A stretch of DNA of 64,000 nucleotides from Methanobrevibacter sp. GTDB taxonomy: Archaea > Methanobacteriota > Methanobacteria > Methanobacteriales > Methanobacteriaceae. The notes under the pieces are model-generated. The model did no database searches. It was not told the DNA's origin and saw only the letters and a program-made list of their open reading frames with translations. The stretch spans positions 12,464-76,463 of the forward strand of contig JAILDN010000004.1 in the NCBI GenBank assembly GCA_024689425.1, read 5' to 3'. The position numbers and the translations under genes were made by a program. The first letter of the stretch is position 1. Every line of letters begins with the position of its first letter. Positions 1 through 9,056 of the stretch are shown one piece after another.

Positions 1-1
1 A

Positions 2-556
2 ACTAAAGATTCGTTGAAACCTTCTGAAGTTCTAGACTTAATTGATAATGTTGAAAAGCATTTGGGAACTCCAGAACAATATGAAGGATTGATGTTTTCT
101 CACCACACTTCAAGCATCCATTCCGGACCTACTGTATGTCTTTATAAGAGATTGCCGTCCATGAAAGAGAAAGTGGAAGCCCAAATCGATCTTGCAGAAA
201 AGATTCGTGCCGTTGATCAAAGAGGAGTGGTGGAAAAAGTATTGACTTCACACTTCCTGCCGGACATTATGGGCAACTCAAGGGCATTTTCCAAACAAAA
301 GGTAAGATGCACAAAATGCAATTCAAAATATAGAAGAATACCTTTAACTGGAAAATGCACAAAATGTGGTGGAAATCTAATTCTTTCTGTTTCAAAAGGA
401 TCCGTGCAAAAATATCTTGGAATATCTCAGGAACTAGTAAACAGATATCCCGTGTCACCATATTTAAAACAACGTTTAGAGATTCAGGAATTCGGCATTA
501 ATTCATTGTTTGAAAGTGATAAGTCAAAACAAAGCTCCTTAGACCTATTTTTCTAA
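2..556 (+). CDS. polC: DNA polymerase D large subunit (DP2), C-terminal fragment; gene starts before the window
   Basis: Frame is open from base 2. C-terminal HFLPDIMGNSRAFSKQKVRCTKC..KYRRIPLTGKCTKCGGNLILSV with a C4 zinc finger is the DP2 C-terminus. Confidence 0.93.
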   Translation, partial: TKDSLKPSEVLDLIDNVEKHLGTPEQYEGLMFSHHTSSIHSGPTVCLYKRLPSMKEKVEAQIDLAEKIRAVDQRGVVEKVLTSHFLPDIMGNSRAFSKQKVRCTKCNSKYRRIPLTGKCTKCGGNLILSVSKGSVQKYLGISQELVNRYPVSPYLKQRLEIQEFGINSLFESDKSKQSSLDLFF

Positions 557-564
557 GAAATTCA

Positions 565-583
565 TTACTTATCAAATGCTCTT
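565..583 (+). promoter_or_regulatory. Dispersed 19-bp motif, copy A (TTACTTATCAAATGCTCTT), upstream of nrdD
   Basis: Identical (19/19) to the reverse complement of 49998-50016; also matches 12123-12141 and 27031-27049. Function is inferred, not known. Confidence 0.6.
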
Positions 584-638
584 GGACAACTCTAAATTAT
601 TTAATAAACACAACTAAATATTACATAATAAAGAAAAT

Positions 639-662
639 ATTGTTCGCATAAATACGAACAAT
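639..662. promoter_or_regulatory. Inverted repeat ATTGTTCG-N8-CGAACAAT (core TTCGCA-TAAA-TACGAA), candidate MsvR-type operator
   Basis: Perfect 8-bp arms immediately 5' of a TATA-like TTTATAC (664-670) upstream of nrdD. Confidence 0.5.
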
Positions 663-705
663 GTTTATACAAGTACTGACTAATATTATAATCAAGTGAT
701 TAGTA

Positions 706-721
706 GATAGGGTACCCTATC
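706..721. promoter_or_regulatory. Perfect 16-bp palindrome GATAGGGTACCCTATC in the nrdD leader
   Basis: Read directly. Unusually GC-rich for this intergenic DNA, and flanked by a further GATTAG (698-703)/CTAATC (731-736) pair. Confidence 0.5.
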
Positions 722-765
722 AATCTTATTCTAATCGAATTAAATAATGGAAAATGGTGTGTTAA

Positions 766-3084
766 ATGGAAAAAACTACAGAAATCGCAAATAGTTTAAA
801 TAAATCCGTTAAAATAAACGTAGAAAAAAATAACGGAATTACAGAAAGATTCAGTTATGAAAAGTTATTAAAATCATTAATAATGGTTGAAACCCCATTC
901 TTTGAATCTGATAAAATTGTAGCTACAGTTGTATCATCATTATATGATGGAATAACTACAAAGGAAATTAAAAAAATAGTTTACGAATGTTTAGAAGATA
1001 TTGACGGTGAAATTGCAAACAAATACTTAGCAAGCACCCAGTTAAAAGTACGTACTTCAAGAGATACAATTGAAGCATTTGACTTATCTAAAATTGCAAA
1101 TACTTTAATTCAGGAAACTGGTGCTAGCCAAGAAACTGCTTTTGAAATTGCAACTGAAACCTGGAAAGAACTCAAAAAATTAAATGTTGAATACTTAACC
1201 GCTCCAATGATTAGGGAAATGGTTAACACTAAACTTATTGAATACGGATTAGAAGACTTAAGAAGCCGTTACACTCGTTTAGGTATTCCAGTTTATAACA
1301 TTACCTCTTTAATCGAAAATGGTAACAGAGATAATGCAAATATGATTCACAACCCGGAAAGTATCCATAAACATGTAGCAGACGAAGCATTAAAACAATA
1401 TGCGTTACTTAAAATGCTTCCAGCAAGATTAGCTGACGCACACATGTCCGGGGACATTCACATTCACGATTTGGAATTCTTCGCAGGAAGACCTTTAAAC
1501 TGTATGCAACATGATATCAGAACTTTCATCAAATACGGTCTTAAAGTAGACGGTACAGGTGACCACACCTCCATTGCAGGAGCACCAAACCACATGGAAA
1601 CTTTAATGAACCACACTGGTGAAATCATGCTTGCAGCTCAACAAAACATGTCCGGAGGACAAGGAATGTCCCTTTGGAATGTATTTGTAGCTCCATTTGC
1701 AAGAGGAAGAACTTACGATGAAATTAAACAATCCGTTCAAATGCTTATTTACAACTTAAACATGGCTTACGCAGCCCGTGGATCCCAAGTACCGTTCACA
1801 AGTATGGCACTGGAATTCGGAGTTCCAAACTTCTTGAAAGAAGAAACCGCATACGGACCAAAAGGTCAAGTGGTTGGAACTTACGCTGACTTTGAAAAAG
1901 AAACCAGATTAATTCAAAGAGCATTCACTGAAACTTTACTTGAAGGTGACAATGAAGGAAAACCTCATTTATTCCCAAATACTATCTACACCTTACGTGA
2001 AGAAACAATGACCAGTGAATACGAAGAAGATATCCGTTTAGTTCACGAATTGTCTGCAAAATACGGTTCATCCTACTTTGTAAACATGTTGGCTGATTAC
2101 AGAGGAGACATGGCTAACTACATGGGATGCAGAACCTGTTTACAAGACAACTGGACTGGTGACTGGGATCAAGATTGTTTAAGAACCGGTAACCTTGCAT
2201 ACGTAACTTTAAACCTTCCTAGAATAGGTTACCAATCCAAAGATGAATCCCAAGTATTCGAATACTTAGATGAATACATGGATTTAGCTACTGAAACTTT
2301 AATGCTCAGAAGAGAACAAGGTTTAAAATGTTTAAATGATTTCCACATTTTACCATTCTTGAAACAAAGAGTAGCTGAAGATTCATACTACAGAATACAA
2401 AATTCAACCTTATCATTCGGTTTCGTTGGACTTAACGAAATGTTATTATCATTATTCGGTGAAGGTATTGAAAACCCAGATGCAAACAAATTCGGTATCA
2501 AATGTCTTGAATACATAAATGAAAGAGCAAATCAATTGAAAGATGAAACTGGACTCAGATGGTCTGTTTTACAAACCCCTGCTGAATCCACTGCTTACAG
2601 ATTTGCAACTCTCGATAAAAAACAATTCGGAGACCAAGCTATCGTACAAGGAGACAGCAATGCTAACTACTACACAAACTCTTCTCACGTACCGGTAGAT
2701 ACCAATGCATCATTAATTGAAAAGATCAAAATAGAAGAACAATACCACCCATTAACTCCTGGTGGACACATCTTCCATGCATTCATGGGTGAATCATACT
2801 CTGATCCTGACTCATTAATGAGCTTAACAAATAAAATTGCAAGAAAATCCAATATCGGATTCTGGGCTTACAGCTCAGCTTTAAGTTTCTGTCTTAAATG
2901 TAAAACCTTAATGAAAGGATTAAATAATACTTGTCCTACTTGTGGTGAAAGCGAAGATGTAGAATGGTACGACAGAATCACTGGTTATGTACAACAAGTT
3001 GGTCGTGCAAAATCCGCATCCGGTGGTTGGAACCCAGGTAAACGTCAAGAATTAATTGATAGAAGAAGATTTGAAGATAACTAA
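766..3084 (+). CDS. nrdD: Anaerobic (class III) ribonucleoside-triphosphate reductase with two N-terminal ATP-cone domains
   Basis: HIHDLEF, finger-loop YMGCRT, PAESTAYRFA, YYTNSSH, C-terminal CxxC..CxxC and glycyl-radical motif DRITGY. Confidence 0.96.
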   Translation: MEKTTEIANSLNKSVKINVEKNNGITERFSYEKLLKSLIMVETPFFESDKIVATVVSSLYDGITTKEIKKIVYECLEDIDGEIANKYLASTQLKVRTSRDTIEAFDLSKIANTLIQETGASQETAFEIATETWKELKKLNVEYLTAPMIREMVNTKLIEYGLEDLRSRYTRLGIPVYNITSLIENGNRDNANMIHNPESIHKHVADEALKQYALLKMLPARLADAHMSGDIHIHDLEFFAGRPLNCMQHDIRTFIKYGLKVDGTGDHTSIAGAPNHMETLMNHTGEIMLAAQQNMSGGQGMSLWNVFVAPFARGRTYDEIKQSVQMLIYNLNMAYAARGSQVPFTSMALEFGVPNFLKEETAYGPKGQVVGTYADFEKETRLIQRAFTETLLEGDNEGKPHLFPNTIYTLREETMTSEYEEDIRLVHELSAKYGSSYFVNMLADYRGDMANYMGCRTCLQDNWTGDWDQDCLRTGNLAYVTLNLPRIGYQSKDESQVFEYLDEYMDLATETLMLRREQGLKCLNDFHILPFLKQRVAEDSYYRIQNSTLSFGFVGLNEMLLSLFGEGIENPDANKFGIKCLEYINERANQLKDETGLRWSVLQTPAESTAYRFATLDKKQFGDQAIVQGDSNANYYTNSSHVPVDTNASLIEKIKIEEQYHPLTPGGHIFHAFMGESYSDPDSLMSLTNKIARKSNIGFWAYSSALSFCLKCKTLMKGLNNTCPTCGESEDVEWYDRITGYVQQVGRAKSASGGWNPGKRQELIDRRRFEDN

Positions 3085-3321
3085 ATATAGTTATCTTCTA
3101 CACACTATTTTTTTTAAAACATATCTGTCATCACTAAAATATCTTAAAAAACTAAAAGTATATTAATATCTTCAAAGATAAATTATACTATTATCATATC
3201 ACTGATGATAAAATTATTTTCATACACTATGTTACTAGTATTTATGGGCTTTTTTGATACTAGGTAGCTGATAACATAGTTTTAATTAATACCCAGTGCA
3301 TTAACAAATCGAGGTAATAGA

Positions 3322-3612
3322 ATGCAAAGATCAAGAGGATTTAAGAGTAGATCAAGAAAAAAAATGACAAAAGTTGAAAGAAAAGGAAGAACTAATCCTA
3401 TTACAAACAGACTCCAAAAATTTGAAGAAGGAGATTTAGTTCACATTATTATTAATCCAAGTATTCAAAAAGGTCAACCACACCCAAGATTCCATGGTAA
3501 AACTGGAAAAGTTATTGGAACCAAAGGTAAAGCTTACTTAATTGCTTTAAAAGAAGGAAACAAAGCAAAAGAATTAATTGTTAGACCTGACCACTTAAAA
3601 TTACAAAACTGA
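3322..3612 (+). CDS. rpl21e: 50S ribosomal protein L21e
   Basis: [30 protein letters not shown] and VRPDHL motifs; GAGGT ribosome-binding site. Confidence 0.97.
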   Translation: MQRSRGFKSRSRKKMTKVERKGRTNPITNRLQKFEEGDLVHIIINPSIQKGQPHPRFHGKTGKVIGTKGKAYLIALKEGNKAKELIVRPDHLKLQN

Positions 3613-3617
3613 TTTAA

Positions 3618-3962
3618 ATGATTGGTAAAAACGTGCTTAAAAAAGAAGAAATTCCTGGAGTTGAAGTTAAAGAAGCAATTGAGGAATTTTCTGAAGAATA
3701 TGAATTAAATTACGAGCAAAATGTAACTTTAAATCATCTTGCAAGATTCCCAAGATACTCCTGTGAAGACGCAGAAAAAATTATTGCGGAACTTGAAGAA
3801 AAAGTTGGCTTAAGACGTAAAGTTGCAGTACATATCGTTGATTTAATACCACAAGATTTATCTGATTTAAGATTAATTTTTGCAAAAGAACCAATGCAAG
3901 TCGATAAAGACAAAATGCAAGATATTTTAGATATCTTAGACCAATACCCAATTGATGAATAG
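3618..3962 (+). CDS. rpoF: RNA polymerase subunit F (Rpo4)
   Basis: LNYEQ..L.HL..F and VHIVDLIPQDLSDLRLIF; usual position after rpl21e. Confidence 0.9.
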   Translation: MIGKNVLKKEEIPGVEVKEAIEEFSEEYELNYEQNVTLNHLARFPRYSCEDAEKIIAELEEKVGLRRKVAVHIVDLIPQDLSDLRLIFAKEPMQVDKDKMQDILDILDQYPIDE

Positions 3963-3990
3963 TTTTTAACTATTCTATTTTAACTTTTTT
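3957..3990 (+). terminator. Hairpin GAATAGTT-TTT-AACTATTC with T-rich tail, overlapping the rpoF stop codon
   Basis: 8-bp inverted repeat 3957-3975 followed by T-runs. Confidence 0.55.
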
Positions 3991-4066
3991 TTAAACACCA
4001 TTTTTTAGATATATTTATTACCAAAAAACATTAAATTTAATAATATATTTATTAATAAATAGTGAA

Positions 4067-4714
4067 GTGATAAATATGGATAAAAAAAATAATAAAAGAA
4101 AAAACCCACCTCAAAAAACTGAAGACAATGCAGTCATATTAGATTATCTTAGTTTAGGTTATGTCCAATCTGACATGTCAAAGTTTAAAGGTAAAGCTAT
4201 TGCTCAAGCTATTGGTACCGATCATTTCACTTTACTAGAATTAGCACCGAAAAATGGTGTTGATTTAGAAATTCAAGACACAGTATATATTGGAAAAGGA
4301 AAAAGAGACAAAATTTATAGAGTCTTAGGAAAACTTGATTTTGAAAATTTAACCGCTACAAGTAGAATAGAACTTGAATATGCAATTAAAGACATTATTA
4401 TATCAAGAGAAGATGAATTCGTTGAATTTTTCAATAATGCAGGTCCTGTCAACACAAGATTACATCAATTAGAATTAATCCCAGGAATTGGTAAAAAATA
4501 CATGTGGGAAATCATCGAAGAACGTGAAAAGAAACCATTTGAAAGTTTCGAAGAGATATCAGAAAGAGTCCCATCATTATCTGATCCTGTTGGAATGCTT
4601 GTTAATCGTGTAAAACAAGAATTGGATACAACTACCGTTAAGAAAGGTAAGCAAAAATATTATTTATTCACTCCAATTCCTAGAAGTGCTTTAAACAGGA
4701 ATAAAAGAAGATAA
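4067..4714 (+). CDS. DUF655 family putative nucleic-acid-binding protein (HhH); likely ATG start 4076
   Basis: AQAIGTDHFTLLEL and TRLHQLELIPGIGKK; conserved neighbour of rpoF and ksgA in archaea. Confidence 0.88.
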   Translation: MINMDKKNNKRKNPPQKTEDNAVILDYLSLGYVQSDMSKFKGKAIAQAIGTDHFTLLELAPKNGVDLEIQDTVYIGKGKRDKIYRVLGKLDFENLTATSRIELEYAIKDIIISREDEFVEFFNNAGPVNTRLHQLELIPGIGKKYMWEIIEEREKKPFESFEEISERVPSLSDPVGMLVNRVKQELDTTTVKKGKQKYYLFTPIPRSALNRNKRR

Positions 4715-4722
4715 GTGATAAC

Positions 4723-5595
4723 TTGAATAGTGAAGGTAGCGAATCCTTATCAAAAACAACTAAATCTATTCTTAATAAACATGGGATACGATTAAATAAA
4801 AATCTTGGACAGAATTATCTAATTGATAAAAATAAACGTGACCAAATTATCAGTTTTGGAAACATAACACAAGACGATGTTGTTTTGGAAATTGGTACGG
4901 GAATCGGTACACTTACAATAGAGTTAGCTAAAAAAGCTAAAAAAGTAATAGCTATTGAACAAGATTCAAATATTTCAGAAATATTGAATCAACGTCTGAA
5001 AGAAGAAAAAATTGATAATGTAGAAGTTATTAATGAGGATGCATTAAATATTGAATTTCCAAAATTCAATAAAATAGTATCTAATCTACCTTATCAAATA
5101 TCATCACCCATTACCTTTAAATTTTTAGATTATGATTTCGATTTAGCCATTTTAATGTATCAAAAGGAATTTGCAGATAGGATGAATGGTGAAGTTGGAA
5201 GTAAAGATTATTCAAGGCTTTCAGCAATGCTTTATTTCAAATGTGATGTTAAAAAATTAACTGATGTTAGTTGTGAAAGCTTTATTCCAAAGCCTAAAGT
5301 CGACTCAACAGTTATTAGCTTAACTCCAAAAGAATCTAAACTAGATAAAGATGAATTTAAAGTTTATTCAAATTTTACAAAGGCCTTATTCCAGCATAGA
5401 AATAAAAAGATTAGAAATGCTTTAATTGATTCTAGACATGTTATTTGCAGTTTAGATAAAAAAGAAGTGAAGTCCCGATTAAATAATATTAATAATGAAA
5501 AAATAAATGAATATTTAACTAAAAGAGTTATAGTTTTAACCCCGGAAGAAATTTTATACATTTCAAAGGAATTAAACCCAATTTTTAATGATTAA
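4723..5595 (+). CDS. rsmA: 16S rRNA m6,2A dimethyltransferase (KsgA/Dim1)
   Basis: LGQNYLID, VLEIGTGIG, VSNLPYQISSP, MYQKEFA and FIPKPKVDS motifs. Confidence 0.96.
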   Translation: MNSEGSESLSKTTKSILNKHGIRLNKNLGQNYLIDKNKRDQIISFGNITQDDVVLEIGTGIGTLTIELAKKAKKVIAIEQDSNISEILNQRLKEEKIDNVEVINEDALNIEFPKFNKIVSNLPYQISSPITFKFLDYDFDLAILMYQKEFADRMNGEVGSKDYSRLSAMLYFKCDVKKLTDVSCESFIPKPKVDSTVISLTPKESKLDKDEFKVYSNFTKALFQHRNKKIRNALIDSRHVICSLDKKEVKSRLNNINNEKINEYLTKRVIVLTPEEILYISKELNPIFND

Positions 5596-6178
5596 TATGG
5601 ATTTTATAATTAATACACATGAAAATGTTTATATTCCAGCTGAAGACAGCTATTTACTTGCTGAGAATTTAGAAATAAAAGAAGGGCAGAGCGTTTTGGA
5701 AATAGGTACCGGATCTGGAATAGTAGCAATGTATGCTTCAAAGTTAACTGACAGTGTAACGGCAACTGATATTAATTTTGATGCTATTGCACTGGCTGAA
5801 GAGAATTTTAAAGCAAATAACATTGATAATATTGAATTGCTCTTTGGAAATTTATTTGAACCTGTAAAAAATAGAAAGTTTGATGTAATTTTATTCAATA
5901 CTCCATATCTGCCGACCGAAGAAGGAGAAGTTATAGACAGCAATCTGAATTATGCATTTGATGGTGGATTAAATGGTAGGAAAGTTATAGATTTATTTTT
6001 AAATGAAGTGAATAATCATTTAAATGATGGTGGAATTGTACAACTAATACAGTCTTCATTTTCAGACAATGATGAAACATTAAACAGGTTAGATGAACTT
6101 GGATTCATAGCTGAAATTGCAAAAAAAGAACATTATTTTTTTGAAGACATTACACTAATAAATGCTTACAAAATATAA
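5588..6178 (+). CDS. HemK2/PrmC-type protein-glutamine methyltransferase
   Basis: VYIPAEDSYLL, VLEIGTGSG, FNTPYLP (NPPY-like) and DGGLNGR motifs. Confidence 0.9.
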   Translation: MINMDFIINTHENVYIPAEDSYLLAENLEIKEGQSVLEIGTGSGIVAMYASKLTDSVTATDINFDAIALAEENFKANNIDNIELLFGNLFEPVKNRKFDVILFNTPYLPTEEGEVIDSNLNYAFDGGLNGRKVIDLFLNEVNNHLNDGGIVQLIQSSFSDNDETLNRLDELGFIAEIAKKEHYFFEDITLINAYKI

Positions 6179-6191
6179 AAGGTGATTAAAA

Positions 6192-6359
6192 ATGGAAGTA
6201 TGGAAAACATCAGTTTTAACAGGAATTGGATTAATAATTTTAGGAACAATATTTGTCATACTTAGAGGACACTTAAGTATCTGGCTGGCAATAGTACTCA
6301 TATTGGGTATAATCGATATTGCATTAGGATTAATTAGAAAAAAATATGGGGAGAATTAG
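6192..6359 (+). CDS. Small 55-aa two-helix membrane protein (not in the ORF track)
   Basis: Hand translation MEVWKTSVLTGIGLIILGTIFVILRGHLSIWLAIVLILGIIDIALGLIRKKYGEN*; GGTGA RBS at 6181-6185; fills the hemK-dapF gap exactly. Confidence 0.75.
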   Translation: MEVWKTSVLTGIGLIILGTIFVILRGHLSIWLAIVLILGIIDIALGLIRKKYGEN

Positions 6360-7216
6360 AATTCTCCATCATAAACAAGTTCTGCAGGACCTTCCATGAA
6401 AGCTCCCAATTCATCACCATCTTCATAAATGGTGAAGTTTAACTCACCACCAGGCAAATGAAGCAAGACGTTTTCATCGAAAAGCCCTAATTTAAAACCA
6501 GAAATAGCTGTTGAAGTTGCACCGGTTCCACATGCAAGTGTTACACCAGCACCACGTTCCCAAGTAATCATTTTTCCTTCGTTTTTACTGATTACTTCAA
6601 CAAAGTGAACATTGATTTTTTCAGGGAAAACTTCATGGGCTTCAATAGCCGGACCATATTTATCAATGTCAATTGCATCAACATCATCAACAAAGATAAT
6701 TGCATGAGGATTTCCTACACTAATAGCAGTCACATTAAATGTAGTATCTAAAACTTCAAGTTCCCCATCTATGAATTCATCTTCATCACTAATCATAGGT
6801 ATTTTAGGAGTTTTAAATGTTGATGTACCCATATCTACTTTAAATAGTACCGGTTCATCATCTTCCAATGTGATTTCAATTGTTTTAATTCCAGCTCTTG
6901 TCTCAACAGTCATTTTGTCCTGTTTTAAAATACCTTTTCTGTAAACAAAATCCCCAAAACATCTAATACCATTACCACACATTTCAGCTTCGCTTCCATC
7001 TGGATTAAACATCCTGTATCCAATATCAGCTACGTCTGACGGTTCTACAAATAATACGCCATCCCCGCCAACACCAAAGTTTCTGTGGCATAATATTCTA
7101 CATGCTTCAGCTTTATCTGCTTCAGAAATAACCTCCCCTTTTGATTCATCAATGATAGGGAAATCATTACCTATACCATGCATTTTAGAAAATTTTAATC
7201 CTTTTAAATCTACCAT
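6356..7216 (-). CDS. dapF: Diaminopimelate epimerase
   Basis: KMHGIGNDF, EAEMCGNGIRC, GNPHA, ERGAGVTLACGTG. Confidence 0.97.
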   Translation of the reverse strand: MVDLKGLKFSKMHGIGNDFPIIDESKGEVISEADKAEACRILCHRNFGVGGDGVLFVEPSDVADIGYRMFNPDGSEAEMCGNGIRCFGDFVYRKGILKQDKMTVETRAGIKTIEITLEDDEPVLFKVDMGTSTFKTPKIPMISDEDEFIDGELEVLDTTFNVTAISVGNPHAIIFVDDVDAIDIDKYGPAIEAHEVFPEKINVHFVEVISKNEGKMITWERGAGVTLACGTGATSTAISGFKLGLFDENVLLHLPGGELNFTIYEDGDELGAFMEGPAELVYDGEF

Positions 7217-7226
7217 AATAATCAAC

Positions 7227-8510
7227 TTATTTTAAATGATCAGGAATAATTTGATGAGCAAATAAATCTTCAAATGTTTGTTTTTCACGAACAAGTTGAC
7301 ATTCACCATCAGTTACTAAAACTTCAGAAGCCAATGGTCTTGAATTATAATTTGAAGACATTGTGAACCCATATGCACCGGCATTTAATATTCCTAAGAT
7401 ATCTCCTTCTTCTACCTCAGGCATTGGTCTGTCACGTGCAAACAAATCTCCGGATTCACATACGTTACCTGCAATATCTACTTCTTGAGTATTAGGAGCA
7501 TCCATTTTACTTGCATCTACAATATGATGATATGAATCATACATTGCTGGCCTTAAAAGAGTGTGGAAACCTGCGTCTACACCTATGAATTTTCTGTAAC
7601 TTTGTTTTACACTGTTTACAGTTACTAAAAGTACGCTTGCATCTCCAACCAAGTATCTTCCAGGTTCAAGATACATTGTAGGTGAACCCATGTCATATTC
7701 TTCCAATTTCTCTTTAAATAATCCTACATTTACTTGTGCAAATTTATCCAAGTCAACAATGTTTTCTTCAGGAGTGTATGGAATACCTACACCACCACCG
7801 AAATCAACAAATTCAAAGTCGATACCAGTTTCTTGGTGTACTTTTCCTGCAATATCCATTGTTGATTCAATAGCCAATTTGAACGGTTCCGGGTCCAAGA
7901 TTCCTGAACCGATGTGGGAGTGCATACCGATAGGAGTAAATCCTAATTCTTTAGCCTTTTCATATACTTCAACTGCTTCATTATCCATTATACCAAATTT
8001 ACTCATTACTCCACCAGTAATACAGTGATCGTGATGTCCTGCTCCAACCATAGGATTGACTCTAAATGAAATTTTCATTCCTTCAGGATCAACCATTTTA
8101 GCTAATCTGTGAAGGGCAGAAACTGAATCTATGTTTAAGACTGCGCCTTCATCGGCTACGAATTTTAATTCTTCATTGGTAATGTTATTACCTGTAAACA
8201 TGATTCTTTTTCCTTCAAAACCTAATTTTTTTGCAGTGTATACTTCACCAGGTGAAACCGCATCAATACAGCAGCCTTCACTTTCTAAAATTTTCATTAC
8301 AGCCAGGTTGGTATTAGCTTTACATGCATAAAATACTTTAAAATCAGGATAGTATTTGGAAAATGCACTGTAAAACCTATTATAATTATCTCTTATCCTA
8401 TTTTCATCAATAACATAGGTTGGAGTTCCAAATTCTTCTGCAATATCTACTGCGTCTGCACCACCAATATCCAAGTGGTTATTATCATTGACTTTAATAT
8501 TTAAATCCAT
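7227..8510 (-). CDS. lysA: Diaminopimelate decarboxylase
   Basis: YACKAN (PLP lysine), [35 protein letters not shown]. Confidence 0.97.
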   Translation of the reverse strand: MDLNIKVNDNNHLDIGGADAVDIAEEFGTPTYVIDENRIRDNYNRFYSAFSKYYPDFKVFYACKANTNLAVMKILESEGCCIDAVSPGEVYTAKKLGFEGKRIMFTGNNITNEELKFVADEGAVLNIDSVSALHRLAKMVDPEGMKISFRVNPMVGAGHHDHCITGGVMSKFGIMDNEAVEVYEKAKELGFTPIGMHSHIGSGILDPEPFKLAIESTMDIAGKVHQETGIDFEFVDFGGGVGIPYTPEENIVDLDKFAQVNVGLFKEKLEEYDMGSPTMYLEPGRYLVGDASVLLVTVNSVKQSYRKFIGVDAGFHTLLRPAMYDSYHHIVDASKMDAPNTQEVDIAGNVCESGDLFARDRPMPEVEEGDILGILNAGAYGFTMSSNYNSRPLASEVLVTDGECQLVREKQTFEDLFAHQIIPDHLK

Positions 8511-8639
8511 TTTTTAAACTCCTAAAAAAGTTTCATTATAAATATAGTTATGTAAAGGATAGTATTTAATATTAGTGAAGGAAATACTTTTGCCAATGAA
8601 TCTGAATAGTATTTTAATTAATTAGAGACAAAATAAAAT

Positions 8640-9056
8640 ATGAGTGATATCATGGAAAAACCCTATGGATTGACAATGAGAGGAATCGTGAAAAACAGTG
8701 AAGGCGAAATTTTAATCTTAAGAAGACATCCAAAATCAAAGACAAATCCGCACAAATGGGAATTGCCCGGCGGAAAAATCGAAAAATGCGAATACTTTGA
8801 TGAGGCATTTATCCGCGAAATTAAAGAAGAAACCGACTTGGATGTGAAAGTTGGAGACTTCTGTGAAGCAGTACAGGACGATTATGTCCATAAAAGAACC
8901 GTTCAGCTGATAATGTACGCTAAAGATGTGACTGGTGAAGTTAAAATAAGTGATGAACACGATGATTGGATGTGGGCTAGTCTAGATGAGATTAAATCAT
9001 TGGAAATTACTTCTTCACTTGAAAAGATAATTAAAAAAAGAAATGAAAAACTTTAG
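8640..9056 (+). CDS. NUDIX hydrolase (MutT-like)
   Basis: Nudix box WELPGGKIEKCEYFDEAFIREIKEETDL. Confidence 0.88.
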   Translation: MSDIMEKPYGLTMRGIVKNSEGEILILRRHPKSKTNPHKWELPGGKIEKCEYFDEAFIREIKEETDLDVKVGDFCEAVQDDYVHKRTVQLIMYAKDVTGEVKISDEHDDWMWASLDEIKSLEITSSLEKIIKKRNEKL

